Shown here: positions 25,232-32,660 of the stretch, piece by piece
Layout of the letters: every line of letters starts with the position of its first letter
Numbering within the stretch: position 1 is the stretch's first letter
Origin: a virus
Direction: 5' to 3' (one strand)
IMG/VR virus record: IMGVR_UViG_3300027891_000003
Coordinates: 1-40,278 of that record
DNA: 40,278 bases
The notes under the pieces: generated by a model
Database searches by the model: none
What the model was told of the DNA's origin: nothing
The model's input: the letters and a program-made list of their open reading frames with translations, nothing else
Translations under genes and position numbers: made by a program

Positions 25232-25504
25232 TTATTGAAATTCTTTTTCAAGAGTCTCAAGAAGATCAAAACCTTGCCATGACAAATCATAAAGAGGCAT
25301 AATGGTCGATGTAATATAATTCTCTTTACATCGAACGAAACCACTTTCAGCAAGCAATCTGTATTGGATGGCAAGTACAACCGGATCAATATCTGAAAAT
25401 TCAGGAAATGTGTGTAAATATTTGGGTGGTGTTGAAAATGAGTCCGGTGCATTATCACTTAAAAATTTAAGAATACGGTAAGCAATTTTTTTATCTCTTT
25501 TCAT
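25232..25504 (-). CDS. DUF2513-like winged-helix protein (paralogue A), moron inside the tail module
   Basis: MKRDKKIAYRILKFL...LLAESGFVRCK...LSWQGFDLLETLEKE parallels MKRNLDLIREILLLVE...MVSAGFIKCK...ITWSGHEYLDKIRD of ORF 29623-30075. Confidence 0.7.
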   Translation of the reverse strand: MKRDKKIAYRILKFLSDNAPDSFSTPPKYLHTFPEFSDIDPVVLAIQYRLLAESGFVRCKENYITSTIMPLYDLSWQGFDLLETLEKEFQ

Positions 25505-25584
25505 TTTTGAATCCTTTCAAAAGAGGTATTTGTGTTTGAAAACGGAATAGTACGAAATCACAGCATACGCCGCAAGAGCAGTTT
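25505..25584 (-). promoter_or_regulatory. Promoter + 5'UTR cassette, copy 1
   Basis: Gene-sense reading: ctgctcTTGCGG-17 nt (..gatttcg)-TACTAT-tccgttttcaaacacaaatacctcttttgaaAGGAttcaaaaATG. Near-identical to 32817-32894. Confidence 0.6.
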
Positions 25585-25605
25585 TCATAAAAATATCAAA
25601 AATTC

Positions 25606-26643
25606 ATGGCACTCGTCGATCTGATCAGAAGAGACGGACAATCACGCGAAGAGCTCACTGCACGCAGTGGGTTCACCGGAGAGATTACGGCCAACTACAT
25701 CATCGTCACGGACAATCATCTGGACGATGAGAATGTCGCCCGTGGTTTTCTGCCGCAGGGATACGGTCAATCCTACAACCTGCCGGAATCACCGCCCAAT
25801 CCGATGTTCGTGCAAACGCATCGCGAGGCTGTTAAGCTCGGCACCGACAGCCGCTACGCGCAACAGGGAAGCATCTTTGAAGGCATTCTGAAATACACAC
25901 GATTGCCGCGCACCGAGTTTCCCGAACAGCCGCAACCGCCGGAACCTGTCGTCGATTCTTCTTTTCGCATCGTATCCGGTTTTGAAACGCGCATGGTTCC
26001 TCTGGAAACGGCGTACCTTGTGCATAATGAGACCGGAGTGGTCAGTAATAAATTATGGCCGGTGCAGAACACATTGTCCCTGCCGTTTGACACGTTGCCG
26101 GAACGCGAAATTTCCGAGTCCACGTGGACAGTCTCGCGCACGGAGTATTACAACCCGGTTGACAAAATGCGGTTCTTCAACCAGGCCGGAGGCGCGGTGA
26201 ATCGCGATCCGATCTGGGGTTACGGATCGCGATGTGTTCGCGTTACGGTTGGAGCGAGTTACACGGCGGGGAGTTCATGGAGTGTCGAGTATCGTTTCAA
26301 GGCGCGCGAAGAAACATTCGACTATTTCATTCTCAACACAAGCCAGTTTGAATTTGCTCCGGGTTTATCACCGCAACCGCCACTTTATATTCCGTCTCAA
26401 GAATTGCCGATGGGATATGGAGAGGCTGGTCGAAAAATCACAAGAAAAATGCGTGTCACAATTAAAGATATGACGGAAGAAGAATTGAATGTAAAAACAG
26501 CAGTGCCGATCACAAGTGGTGGATATGCTGTTGCACTTCAAGATGACGATATAAAACGAGAATTTCATTACCGTCGTTACAATTACAATTTCATTGCGGA
26601 CTTTTCACTTTTGGCGTTGCCGGATATTTCCTTGATTTGGTAA
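25606..26643 (+). CDS. Distal tail / minor tail protein
   Basis: 345 aa; first large gene after the tape measure on the + strand. Confidence 0.5.
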   Translation: MALVDLIRRDGQSREELTARSGFTGEITANYIIVTDNHLDDENVARGFLPQGYGQSYNLPESPPNPMFVQTHREAVKLGTDSRYAQQGSIFEGILKYTRLPRTEFPEQPQPPEPVVDSSFRIVSGFETRMVPLETAYLVHNETGVVSNKLWPVQNTLSLPFDTLPEREISESTWTVSRTEYYNPVDKMRFFNQAGGAVNRDPIWGYGSRCVRVTVGASYTAGSSWSVEYRFKAREETFDYFILNTSQFEFAPGLSPQPPLYIPSQELPMGYGEAGRKITRKMRVTIKDMTEEELNVKTAVPITSGGYAVALQDDDIKREFHYRRYNYNFIADFSLLALPDISLIW

Positions 26644-26647
26644 AGAC

Positions 26648-27262
26648 ATGTTTGTTACCCGAAAACAACTGGAAAACGCAAAATCCGGCAACACCGGTGT
26701 TTCGTCGCGTGAAGTGCAGTCCAAGCAGCGGAAAGACAATTTTCCCAACACGGTCAACGCAGACTACACCGCGACGGTGGAGTTGACTTCCGACTGGACT
26801 GAAAGTAATGGCGTTTGGACGGCCAAAGCCCGCCGCGTGTCCTGGTCGGAAGGCAAGTATGACAAACTGACGGGCAAAGAGTTCACCATTCATTACCCGC
26901 TACAGAGTGCAGGCGACGGCAAACCGGATTTGAGCACGGGAAACCGTTGCAACGTGGTGCATCGCGGTCGCTGGGAAGTGATCGGCGGCGGTGGTGGTGG
27001 AGGTCAATCCATTCCATGCCGTTTTGGCATGACACTGGAAGCGTTCAACGCCGGGACAGTCGGTAATGTTCGACTTTACAACAACTTTGCCATGACGAGT
27101 TACACGACGGTCAAGGCGTTTGTCCCGCCGAACTTTTATCAGGTGGCCGTGGCTGCCAACACGCCCTGCGAACTGCTACCGTCTGAGTACATTGTGGGCA
27201 GCGAAACCATCAAGTGGATGATCGGCCCCATCCTCTACTCCAGCCCGGAGCCGACGCCATGA
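26648..27262 (+). CDS. Minor tail protein
   Basis: 204 aa with a GGGGGGQ linker; lies in the tail operon. Confidence 0.5.
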   Translation: MFVTRKQLENAKSGNTGVSSREVQSKQRKDNFPNTVNADYTATVELTSDWTESNGVWTAKARRVSWSEGKYDKLTGKEFTIHYPLQSAGDGKPDLSTGNRCNVVHRGRWEVIGGGGGGGQSIPCRFGMTLEAFNAGTVGNVRLYNNFAMTSYTTVKAFVPPNFYQVAVAANTPCELLPSEYIVGSETIKWMIGPILYSSPEPTP

Positions 27263-28290
27263 TCGAACACGCAAGAAGTTTGGATTTGAGACGGTTGCCG
27301 AGAAGATTGTTCTTGAAAAGAGAAGAATCGATTTTACAAGAAATCACTGTAGCAACGGGATACACAACACCCCCTAGTTTTTTTGGTTTTGAAATTCGGA
27401 CCGTACCGACAAATATCACGTTATTTACTGAAGAATTGCCTTTGGATTTAACAGTCAACAGGGCTGCTCATGGAAACGGATTTGATAATATTTTATATCG
27501 ATACGGAGATGTTCGTTATGGTCTCTATGGGCAGGAATTCGCACAAATTGGAATAAAAGAAATTCGACAAGGGACAAAAAAAAATACAACTCTACCAATT
27601 TTTCCAAGCAGTAGCAGCAATTTCACGACAAATGTACCGGCGGAAGGTTTTTATTTTCGGTTTGATCTTTCAAATCAATTGTATAGTCGATTAAATTCAA
27701 AGCATCGGGTTACAGGGAATGTTAATGGCGATCCTGTTGATCTGGAATTTTCAAGCAATGAGCTTGGATATTCAAACACACTTCTTGCGAACAATCCCGG
27801 ATGGGAAATAGGTACAGTTGGAACCGGCAATTATTATGGGATGTTAAGCTATGTCATACAATCTGGAGGTGCTGTTTTACGTTTTGCATTCCTTGATATT
27901 GGTATTGCACCGATGCTTGATGTATTTATTGGTGGAAATGTGTTTTCAACATGGGTAAGCTCTAATCATGATGCAGAACACCAAGCGATAACAACACAAA
28001 ACCCAATAACTTATTCAACAAGGTTATGGACGAGAATTACCCATCCTCTTATAAACTATGATTTACAAGTTGAAGGTAAAGCAACGCTGAAAACAATTGC
28101 GTTCCCGACACAAACTTATTTAAATGATGGCTATGCAATCAAACATCCAACAACGACTGGAGCGTATGGACCGCCGGTCACAAACGTCGTAGAAAAATAC
28201 TTTCCCGATAAAGTTCTCGACTACTGGAATCCCGAACTGGAAGTCGATGGTTACAAATTCACGATTGATACGGACAAAACGGTGTGGTGA
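27259..28290 (+). CDS. Tail fibre / receptor-binding candidate (visibly A/T-rich gene)
   Basis: ATGA overlap at 27259. Last large tail gene, with composition clearly more A/T-rich than 26648-27262. Confidence 0.5.
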   Translation: MIEHARSLDLRRLPRRLFLKREESILQEITVATGYTTPPSFFGFEIRTVPTNITLFTEELPLDLTVNRAAHGNGFDNILYRYGDVRYGLYGQEFAQIGIKEIRQGTKKNTTLPIFPSSSSNFTTNVPAEGFYFRFDLSNQLYSRLNSKHRVTGNVNGDPVDLEFSSNELGYSNTLLANNPGWEIGTVGTGNYYGMLSYVIQSGGAVLRFAFLDIGIAPMLDVFIGGNVFSTWVSSNHDAEHQAITTQNPITYSTRLWTRITHPLINYDLQVEGKATLKTIAFPTQTYLNDGYAIKHPTTTGAYGPPVTNVVEKYFPDKVLDYWNPELEVDGYKFTIDTDKTVW

Positions 28291-28303
28291 GGAGGAGTGA
28301 AAA

Positions 28304-28534
28304 ATGATCATTCGTAGAATTTGTCGGTTGCTTTTTATGATCATCGTGATTGTCATGTTCAGTCAGATATTCCGGTTGTACCATGAGGGCGATTTGACAT
28401 GGGTGATGATGACGCAATTTGACTTGACCGATTGGTGCATGCTGATCAGGTATTCGTTCGTGTTCATGTATGAACTTTGCCCGGCTTTGGTTTACGTTTT
28501 TTTGGCTCTCGCGATATTCCGGTCAACGGTATGA
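28304..28534 (+). CDS. Holin-like small membrane protein
   Basis: 76 aa with hydrophobic segments LLFMIIVIVMFSQIF and ALVYVFLALAIF. Confidence 0.5.
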   Translation: MIIRRICRLLFMIIVIVMFSQIFRLYHEGDLTWVMMTQFDLTDWCMLIRYSFVFMYELCPALVYVFLALAIFRSTV

Positions 28535-28722
28535 AAAAGAAAAAGAAGAAAATGCAACAGCAAGTGCAGAGTGCAGAGTTCAGAGTTCAGAGTGGGAAAC
28601 AACTCCGAGAGAATATTTTGTCCCGCAGAAACATAGTTTTGGCCGTCATTGCCTCTGTTCTCTTATTGCTTGTGATATGGTTTTTTCTATTGAAAAAATG
28701 GACTATTTACGGAATGCGGTGA
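28531..28722 (+). CDS. Small type-II membrane protein (K-rich N-terminus + 1 TM)
   Basis: ATGA overlap. MKKKKKKMQQQ...NIVLAVIASVLLLLVIWFFLL. Confidence 0.45.
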   Translation: MKKKKKKMQQQVQSAEFRVQSGKQLRENILSRRNIVLAVIASVLLLLVIWFFLLKKWTIYGMR

Positions 28723-28946
28723 CTGGACTTCAAGTTGCATTTCTTCATCCGAGCACTGAAATAGTCATGAACGGTAAAATCATTTCAAACGATGGAAATC
28801 AGTTTTTAAGCGTTATCATAGGAAAAGATAAAGTCATCAAGATTCACTACGACCATGTTCTCTGGGTCAAGACAAGTACCCGCTGGCCCTCATGGGTTTA
28901 CAAACTTTTGAAAAAAAATACAAATTCAAACCTCAAAAATTTTTGA
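28707..28946 (+). CDS. Hypothetical protein
   Basis: MDYLRNAVTG... in ORF 28470-28946; an alternative ATG is at 28686. Confidence 0.4.
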   Translation, partial: LRNAVTGLQVAFLHPSTEIVMNGKIISNDGNQFLSVIIGKDKVIKIHYDHVLWVKTSTRWPSWVYKLLKKNTNSNLKNF

Positions 28947-28965
28947 AATTTTTTTTGGAATCCCC

Positions 28966-28994
28966 TTGCAAACGGAATAGTCCTGTGTTAAGAT
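28966..28994 (+). promoter_or_regulatory. Putative promoter facing the tRNA-like fragment
   Basis: TTGCAA-17 nt-TAAGAT, about 35 nt upstream of the tRNA-like 5' end. The same stretch read on the minus strand resembles a degenerate copy of the 25505/32817 cassette (gACTATtccgtttgcaa). Confidence 0.35.
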
Positions 28995-29031
28995 AGCTCT
29001 CAACAATTCGATTTATTGCCACCAGGATTTC

Positions 29032-29082
29032 GGGTAGGTAGCTCAGTTGGTAGAGCACAGGACTGAAAAGCCTGTGTCCTAC
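29032..29082 (+). pseudogene. tRNA-Phe(GAA)-like 5' fragment (acceptor 5' strand, D arm, anticodon arm, variable loop; no T arm or 3' acceptor)
   Basis: GGGTAGG-TA-GCTC-AGTTGGTA-GAGC-A-CAGGA-CTGAAAA-GCCTG-TGTC-CT; compare E. coli tRNA-Phe ..GCTCAGTCGGTAGAGCAGGGGATTGAAAATCCCCGTGTCCTTGG. Downstream there is no GTTCRANYC loop and no CCTACCC. Confidence 0.6.
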
Positions 29083-29197
29083 GGGGCAAAAACTCAAAAG
29101 TCCTGTGACATAGAACAATAAATCGAGGCGTTGGTGCCTCGTTTACGAAATTGGGTCAAGCCGGTCTCCGCGAGGCACCGGGCAAGTTAAATTGAAA

Positions 29198-29226
29198 ACG
29201 GCATTTTTGACAGTCAAAAATGCCGT
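29198..29226. other. Perfect 13-bp stem / 3-nt loop hairpin
   Basis: acggcatttttga-cag-tcaaaaatgccgt. Confidence 0.8.
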
Positions 29227-29622
29227 GCGTCTCGAAGCGAATCTTTCGCATTAGCGTGCATTGGTTCAATGAGACTTGGTCTTAACTTGACCCAGTAATT
29301 TTTTGTACATCAATTCTTTGAACGGACGTAAGACATCCGAACACTGAAACGATATTTTAACCAATGTACGTTATTTCATTTCTCACACTCGCTGTGAGTT
29401 TCTGGAATGACATAACCCAAGCCTCAAAGGTGTTCGTTTGTGCGCGGATTGTACTGAACTTTGCGAAACATTGAAACGCATTGAAAGCCTGCTGCGATTG
29501 CATTTACATATTAATGACAAGGATGAGCGCGGATTCAGCAAACTGCTTGCTATGACTCATACGCAAGTTCCTGAATATTTCGATGTTGCAAAACAAATCA
29601 AAGAAGACATGTTGAATGTCAA

Positions 29623-30075
29623 CTACCTGACGAATTTTGTAAGCAAACCAAATGAGTAAACCAATGCCGTATAAATGGCAATGGGAAACCAATATTTGAT
29701 TTGTTCGGAAGTTAGTTGCGAGATGGCTTGAGTGATTGCCTCGCGTGAGAAATCGCCAATGGGGGCAAGTTTTGATTTGATTTTTTCCCAACGGTTTTTA
29801 TCCCTGATTTTGTCGAGATATTCGTGACCTGACCACGTAATGAATTCAATGTGAGGTTGCACACTGTGTATCCTTCCCTTGCATTTGATAAAACCAGCCG
29901 ACACCATGATTTCAATGGCATTCCATATTTCATTGCATTGATAAGATTTGAAATGATCGAATTCGATCACGGCGTCATGTTTTCCATGTAATTTTTCTGA
30001 CTCGTCAATTGCGATGTTATTATGTTTTTCAACTAATAATAAAATTTCACGAATTAAATCAAGATTGCGTTTCAT
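29623..30075 (-). CDS. DUF2513-like winged-helix protein with C-terminal TM helix (paralogue B)
   Basis: MKRNLDLIREILLLVEKH...FITWSGHEYLDKIRDKNRWEKIK is the canonical DUF2513 pattern. C-terminus YWFPIAIYTALVYSFGLLTKFV. AGGAGG RBS. Confidence 0.75.
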   Translation of the reverse strand: MKRNLDLIREILLLVEKHNNIAIDESEKLHGKHDAVIEFDHFKSYQCNEIWNAIEIMVSAGFIKCKGRIHSVQPHIEFITWSGHEYLDKIRDKNRWEKIKSKLAPIGDFSREAITQAISQLTSEQIKYWFPIAIYTALVYSFGLLTKFVR

Positions 30076-30247
30076 AAATAAACCTCCTGAAGTTGTGGGT
30101 GTAAAAAAGTTTTTGACCTTTCGATTTTACCCCACGACTTTCGGGAAACAAGAATTGCAATGACAGCCGGGAAAGACCGGCAACTACCAAGATCGTATTG
30201 AAGGTAATACACCGTGTGAGCTTTGCATTGCAGTCCGGCACGGAGAA

Positions 30248-30272
30248 ACAGGTTCGATCCCTGGGCTTGGCT
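30248..30272 (+). other. tRNA 3'-end-like segment (T arm + acceptor strand); candidate attP core
   Basis: ACAGG-TTCGATC-CCTGG-GCTTGGC-T has G53 T54 T55 C56 R57 A58..C61 in register. The sequence upstream does not fold as a tRNA. It lies 245 nt 5' of the integrase gene. Confidence 0.4.
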
Positions 30273-30517
30273 TTTGAAAACATAACAAGTGATCGTTACA
30301 CAGTGTTGTTTTTCAACAGATTATAGCGATTGTAAACATAAGAACCATGAATTCCATTGATTTTTTGGAATTTGTAGGTCAGGAAAAAATGACATTGAAT
30401 TAGGCTGAAAACTGTTGTCAAAATGTTTGGCAACGGAACACATAACAGCCTGGCATCGGAGGTCGGCAATCCATTGAACGGCGTCCGGTGCGAACATCAG
30501 AGGTTGCGTACCGACGT

Positions 30518-31477
30518 ATGAGGTACTCAACCATGACGATGCAACATTTTTTTGACACGACCTACAAACAGTATTTGTCCGCGAAGGGAACGCGGGCAAG
30601 CAGTATTTCCGATGTGCAGAGCACACTAAACAAATGGAATGATATCATCGGAGCAATCGCACTGGACGCGATTGCCGACGAAACGATTTGGCATTTTGCC
30701 GCGACGCTGTCCGGCCAAAAGAACGCAAAGGGCTTGGCTTTCAGCCCGAACACCACAAGAAAGCATTTGAGAAATATTCGGGCGATTTTGCGGTACGCCT
30801 TGAAGCGACGCATGATCGGCCAAATGCCGGACATCATCATGCCGAAAGAACGATTTCGCGGAGCGTGCGACTCATTCACATTCAGCGAAATTCAGACGTT
30901 GATCCAAACAACATCGATGTTCAAAGGCCAAGAGATTGATGGCATGGACGCGGCGGAATGGTGGAAACAATTGATTGTTTTCCTTTACTGTTCGGCCTGC
31001 CGTGTTGGAACGGCAACGAAGGCAAGATTCGACTGGGTGCATGGCAACCGGCTCGAAATTGCCGCAAACACCGATGGAGTCAAGACCTGCTATGATTTAC
31101 CGCTTGGAAACGAGGCCCAATCGGTGATAGGAATGATGCGGCGATCCCACAAGGAAAGCCGTATCTTTCCGAACCCTCACAAGAGGGAATGGTTGCACCG
31201 CCGGTTTCGGGAGTTATGCGAAGAAGCAGGAATACCGCCAGAACGCCGGTTTGGTTTTCACGGGATTCGTAAGCATACCGGCAGTGTCATGGCGACAAAG
31301 GATTTTGCGGCGGCGGTCAAACTGCTTGGCCACAGCGATCCCAAAGTGACGGCCAGGTATTATTTGAATCCCGAAATCGTTTGCGAAAAGGCGGTGGAAA
31401 GGATACCGCCGCTGCACCATGACGGGATATTCAAGCGGGTTTGGAAACAGATTGTGCGATTGTTTTTTGGAAAATAA
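30518..31477 (+). CDS. int: Tyrosine recombinase / phage integrase
   Basis: C-terminal FGFHGIRKHTGS...LLGHSDPKVTARYY (HxxR ... Y) and earlier ACRVGTA (Arg I). Start ambiguous: GTG 30488, or ATG 30518, 30533 or 30539. Confidence 0.85.
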   Translation: MRYSTMTMQHFFDTTYKQYLSAKGTRASSISDVQSTLNKWNDIIGAIALDAIADETIWHFAATLSGQKNAKGLAFSPNTTRKHLRNIRAILRYALKRRMIGQMPDIIMPKERFRGACDSFTFSEIQTLIQTTSMFKGQEIDGMDAAEWWKQLIVFLYCSACRVGTATKARFDWVHGNRLEIAANTDGVKTCYDLPLGNEAQSVIGMMRRSHKESRIFPNPHKREWLHRRFRELCEEAGIPPERRFGFHGIRKHTGSVMATKDFAAAVKLLGHSDPKVTARYYLNPEIVCEKAVERIPPLHHDGIFKRVWKQIVRLFFGK

Positions 31478-31478
31478 C

Positions 31479-32018
31479 ATGACATTGGAACAACTGATAT
31501 TATTTGGAATTTTGATTGCGGTCGCTGTGATCGCATACTATCTACGAGACGCGGTTGCGTGGTGGAAAGACCTGCAAATCACACGGATACACCATATCCA
31601 TTTTCACTTGCAGAGACCGCCCGCTCCGCCGAAACCTATCCTGATGAAAGAAAGGGTTTACATGAACATGGGAAAAATTTATTTTCCGTTCCTGCTGCCG
31701 GAAGTGCCGAAAGTCGGCTCGCCGGTCAAACGTATCGTCGTCGTTTCCTACAATGGCGAAGTCGTCAAAACGTTCGAGGATGCCCCCCTGAAAAAATGCA
31801 GACTCGACCTTTGGCCGGACGCGGATACCGAGGTGACGGTAGCGACCTATACCGTTGATGCCTCCGGGAATGTGTCCGAGACATCCTCCGTGACATTCAA
31901 AGCGGAAGACGTTTACCCGCCGCCGAAACCGCCGCAAGCTGAGTTGTTGATTGATGAAATCGACGAGGTCGAAGACGATGAGTCGGGTGAAATCGAAATT
32001 GTGCCACTGGAAGACTGA
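31479..32018 (+). CDS. Membrane-anchored protein with Ig/FN3-like domain and acidic tail
   Basis: The ATG lies 1 nt after the int stop. LILFGILIAVAVIAYYL TM helix, a beta-rich middle, C-terminal DEIDEVEDDESGEIEIVPLED. Confidence 0.55.
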   Translation: MTLEQLILFGILIAVAVIAYYLRDAVAWWKDLQITRIHHIHFHLQRPPAPPKPILMKERVYMNMGKIYFPFLLPEVPKVGSPVKRIVVVSYNGEVVKTFEDAPLKKCRLDLWPDADTEVTVATYTVDASGNVSETSSVTFKAEDVYPPPKPPQAELLIDEIDEVEDDESGEIEIVPLED

Positions 32019-32056
32019 AATTTGGCCTGTGACGGCGACTTGACGCGGGGGGAGTG

Positions 32057-32082
32057 ACGTCCCCCAATTTTTAACCCCAAGG
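32057..32082 (+). terminator. Rho-independent terminator (GGGGGA-gtgacg-TCCCCC + T run)
   Basis: Read directly. It shares a ~45-nt consensus with the terminator at 34355-34380. Confidence 0.65.
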
Positions 32083-32092
32083 AGAATGAACC

Positions 32093-32368
32093 ATGAAATT
32101 CAAAAGATTGCTTTTTGTGACAGCCGTGATGCTTGCGTTATGCGGCACGGCTTACGGTCAACAGTATAGGTACATTTGTACACCGAATGGATGTCAACTT
32201 GTGCTGGTGGAGCAGAAAATCGATGATTGCATCGTGCCTGATTTGCCGGAAAGCAATGCCTGCTTGCCTGCGAACAATGCCTGTTTACCGGCTGACACCA
32301 CCTGCTTGAAAACGCCGACGGGAAAACGCTGTTTTTCTTTTTTGCGACGATTGAGGTTTTGGAGGTAA
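32093..32368 (+). CDS. Secreted Cys-rich small protein
   Basis: AAGGAG RBS. Signal peptide MKFKRLLFVTAVMLALCGTAYG, 9 Cys, tandem NACLPANNACLPAD. Confidence 0.6.
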   Translation: MKFKRLLFVTAVMLALCGTAYGQQYRYICTPNGCQLVLVEQKIDDCIVPDLPESNACLPANNACLPADTTCLKTPTGKRCFSFLRRLRFWR

Positions 32369-32453
32369 CTGGAAACTTTCCACGCGGTCGGATTCTGCAC
32401 TGTGGTGCAAGCGTGCGTGGCCGACCGCATCTTCAACTTAAAGGAGAATGAAA

Positions 32454-32660
32454 ATGGATAATGAACAGTCTGAAAAAATTTTGGCTGCTTTGAAGCGTAT
32501 TACAGAAATTCTTGACCCATCATGGACTTCAGTGATGGAAGAAGACCCGTCAGAAAAAACGACGGGTGAACTCATTGATTCACTTGAAAAAGTGAGCGGA
32601 TTGAAAATTAAAACCATTGATTTTCAGCCGTATCAACTGGTCGTTTGTTTTAAAACATGA
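32454..32660 (+). CDS. Small acidic hypothetical protein
   Basis: AAGGAG at 32441-32446 with ATG 32454 at good spacing; ATG 32448 is too close to the RBS. Confidence 0.5.
   Translation: MDNEQSEKILAALKRITEILDPSWTSVMEEDPSEKTTGELIDSLEKVSGLKIKTIDFQPYQLVVCFKT

Noticed and set aside
25120-25302. 60-aa + strand ORF after the tape measure gene
   Set aside because: It has a plausible AAGGA-like RBS, but it overlaps the conserved C-terminus of the minus-strand DUF2513-like gene by 71 nt and has no motif. It remains undecided.
28568-28595. The short tandem (G/T)CAGAGT x4 repeat as a regulatory repeat
   Set aside because: It lies within the coding sequence of the small membrane protein (encoding QSAEFRVQS). 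It is too short and imperfect to interpret.
29032-29126. A complete tRNA-Phe gene
   Set aside because: The acceptor 5' strand, D arm and anticodon arm are convincing. But no GTTCRANYC T loop or CCTACCC acceptor 3' strand follows, also when allowing an intron after position 37. I report it only as a fragment or pseudogene.
29438-29659. 73-aa + strand ORF with a TTG start
   Set aside because: It has only a non-ATG start and no RBS. It overlaps the 3' end of the DUF2513-like gene and lies in the structured non-coding region.
30186-30271. A full tRNA-like fold upstream of the integrase (ACCAAGA acceptor, GTAT/ATAC D stem, CCGTG/CACGG stem)
   Set aside because: The acceptor pairs at only 5 of 7 positions, the would-be anticodon arm has a 22-nt loop, and U33/R37 are absent. 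Only the T-arm/3' acceptor part looks tRNA-derived.
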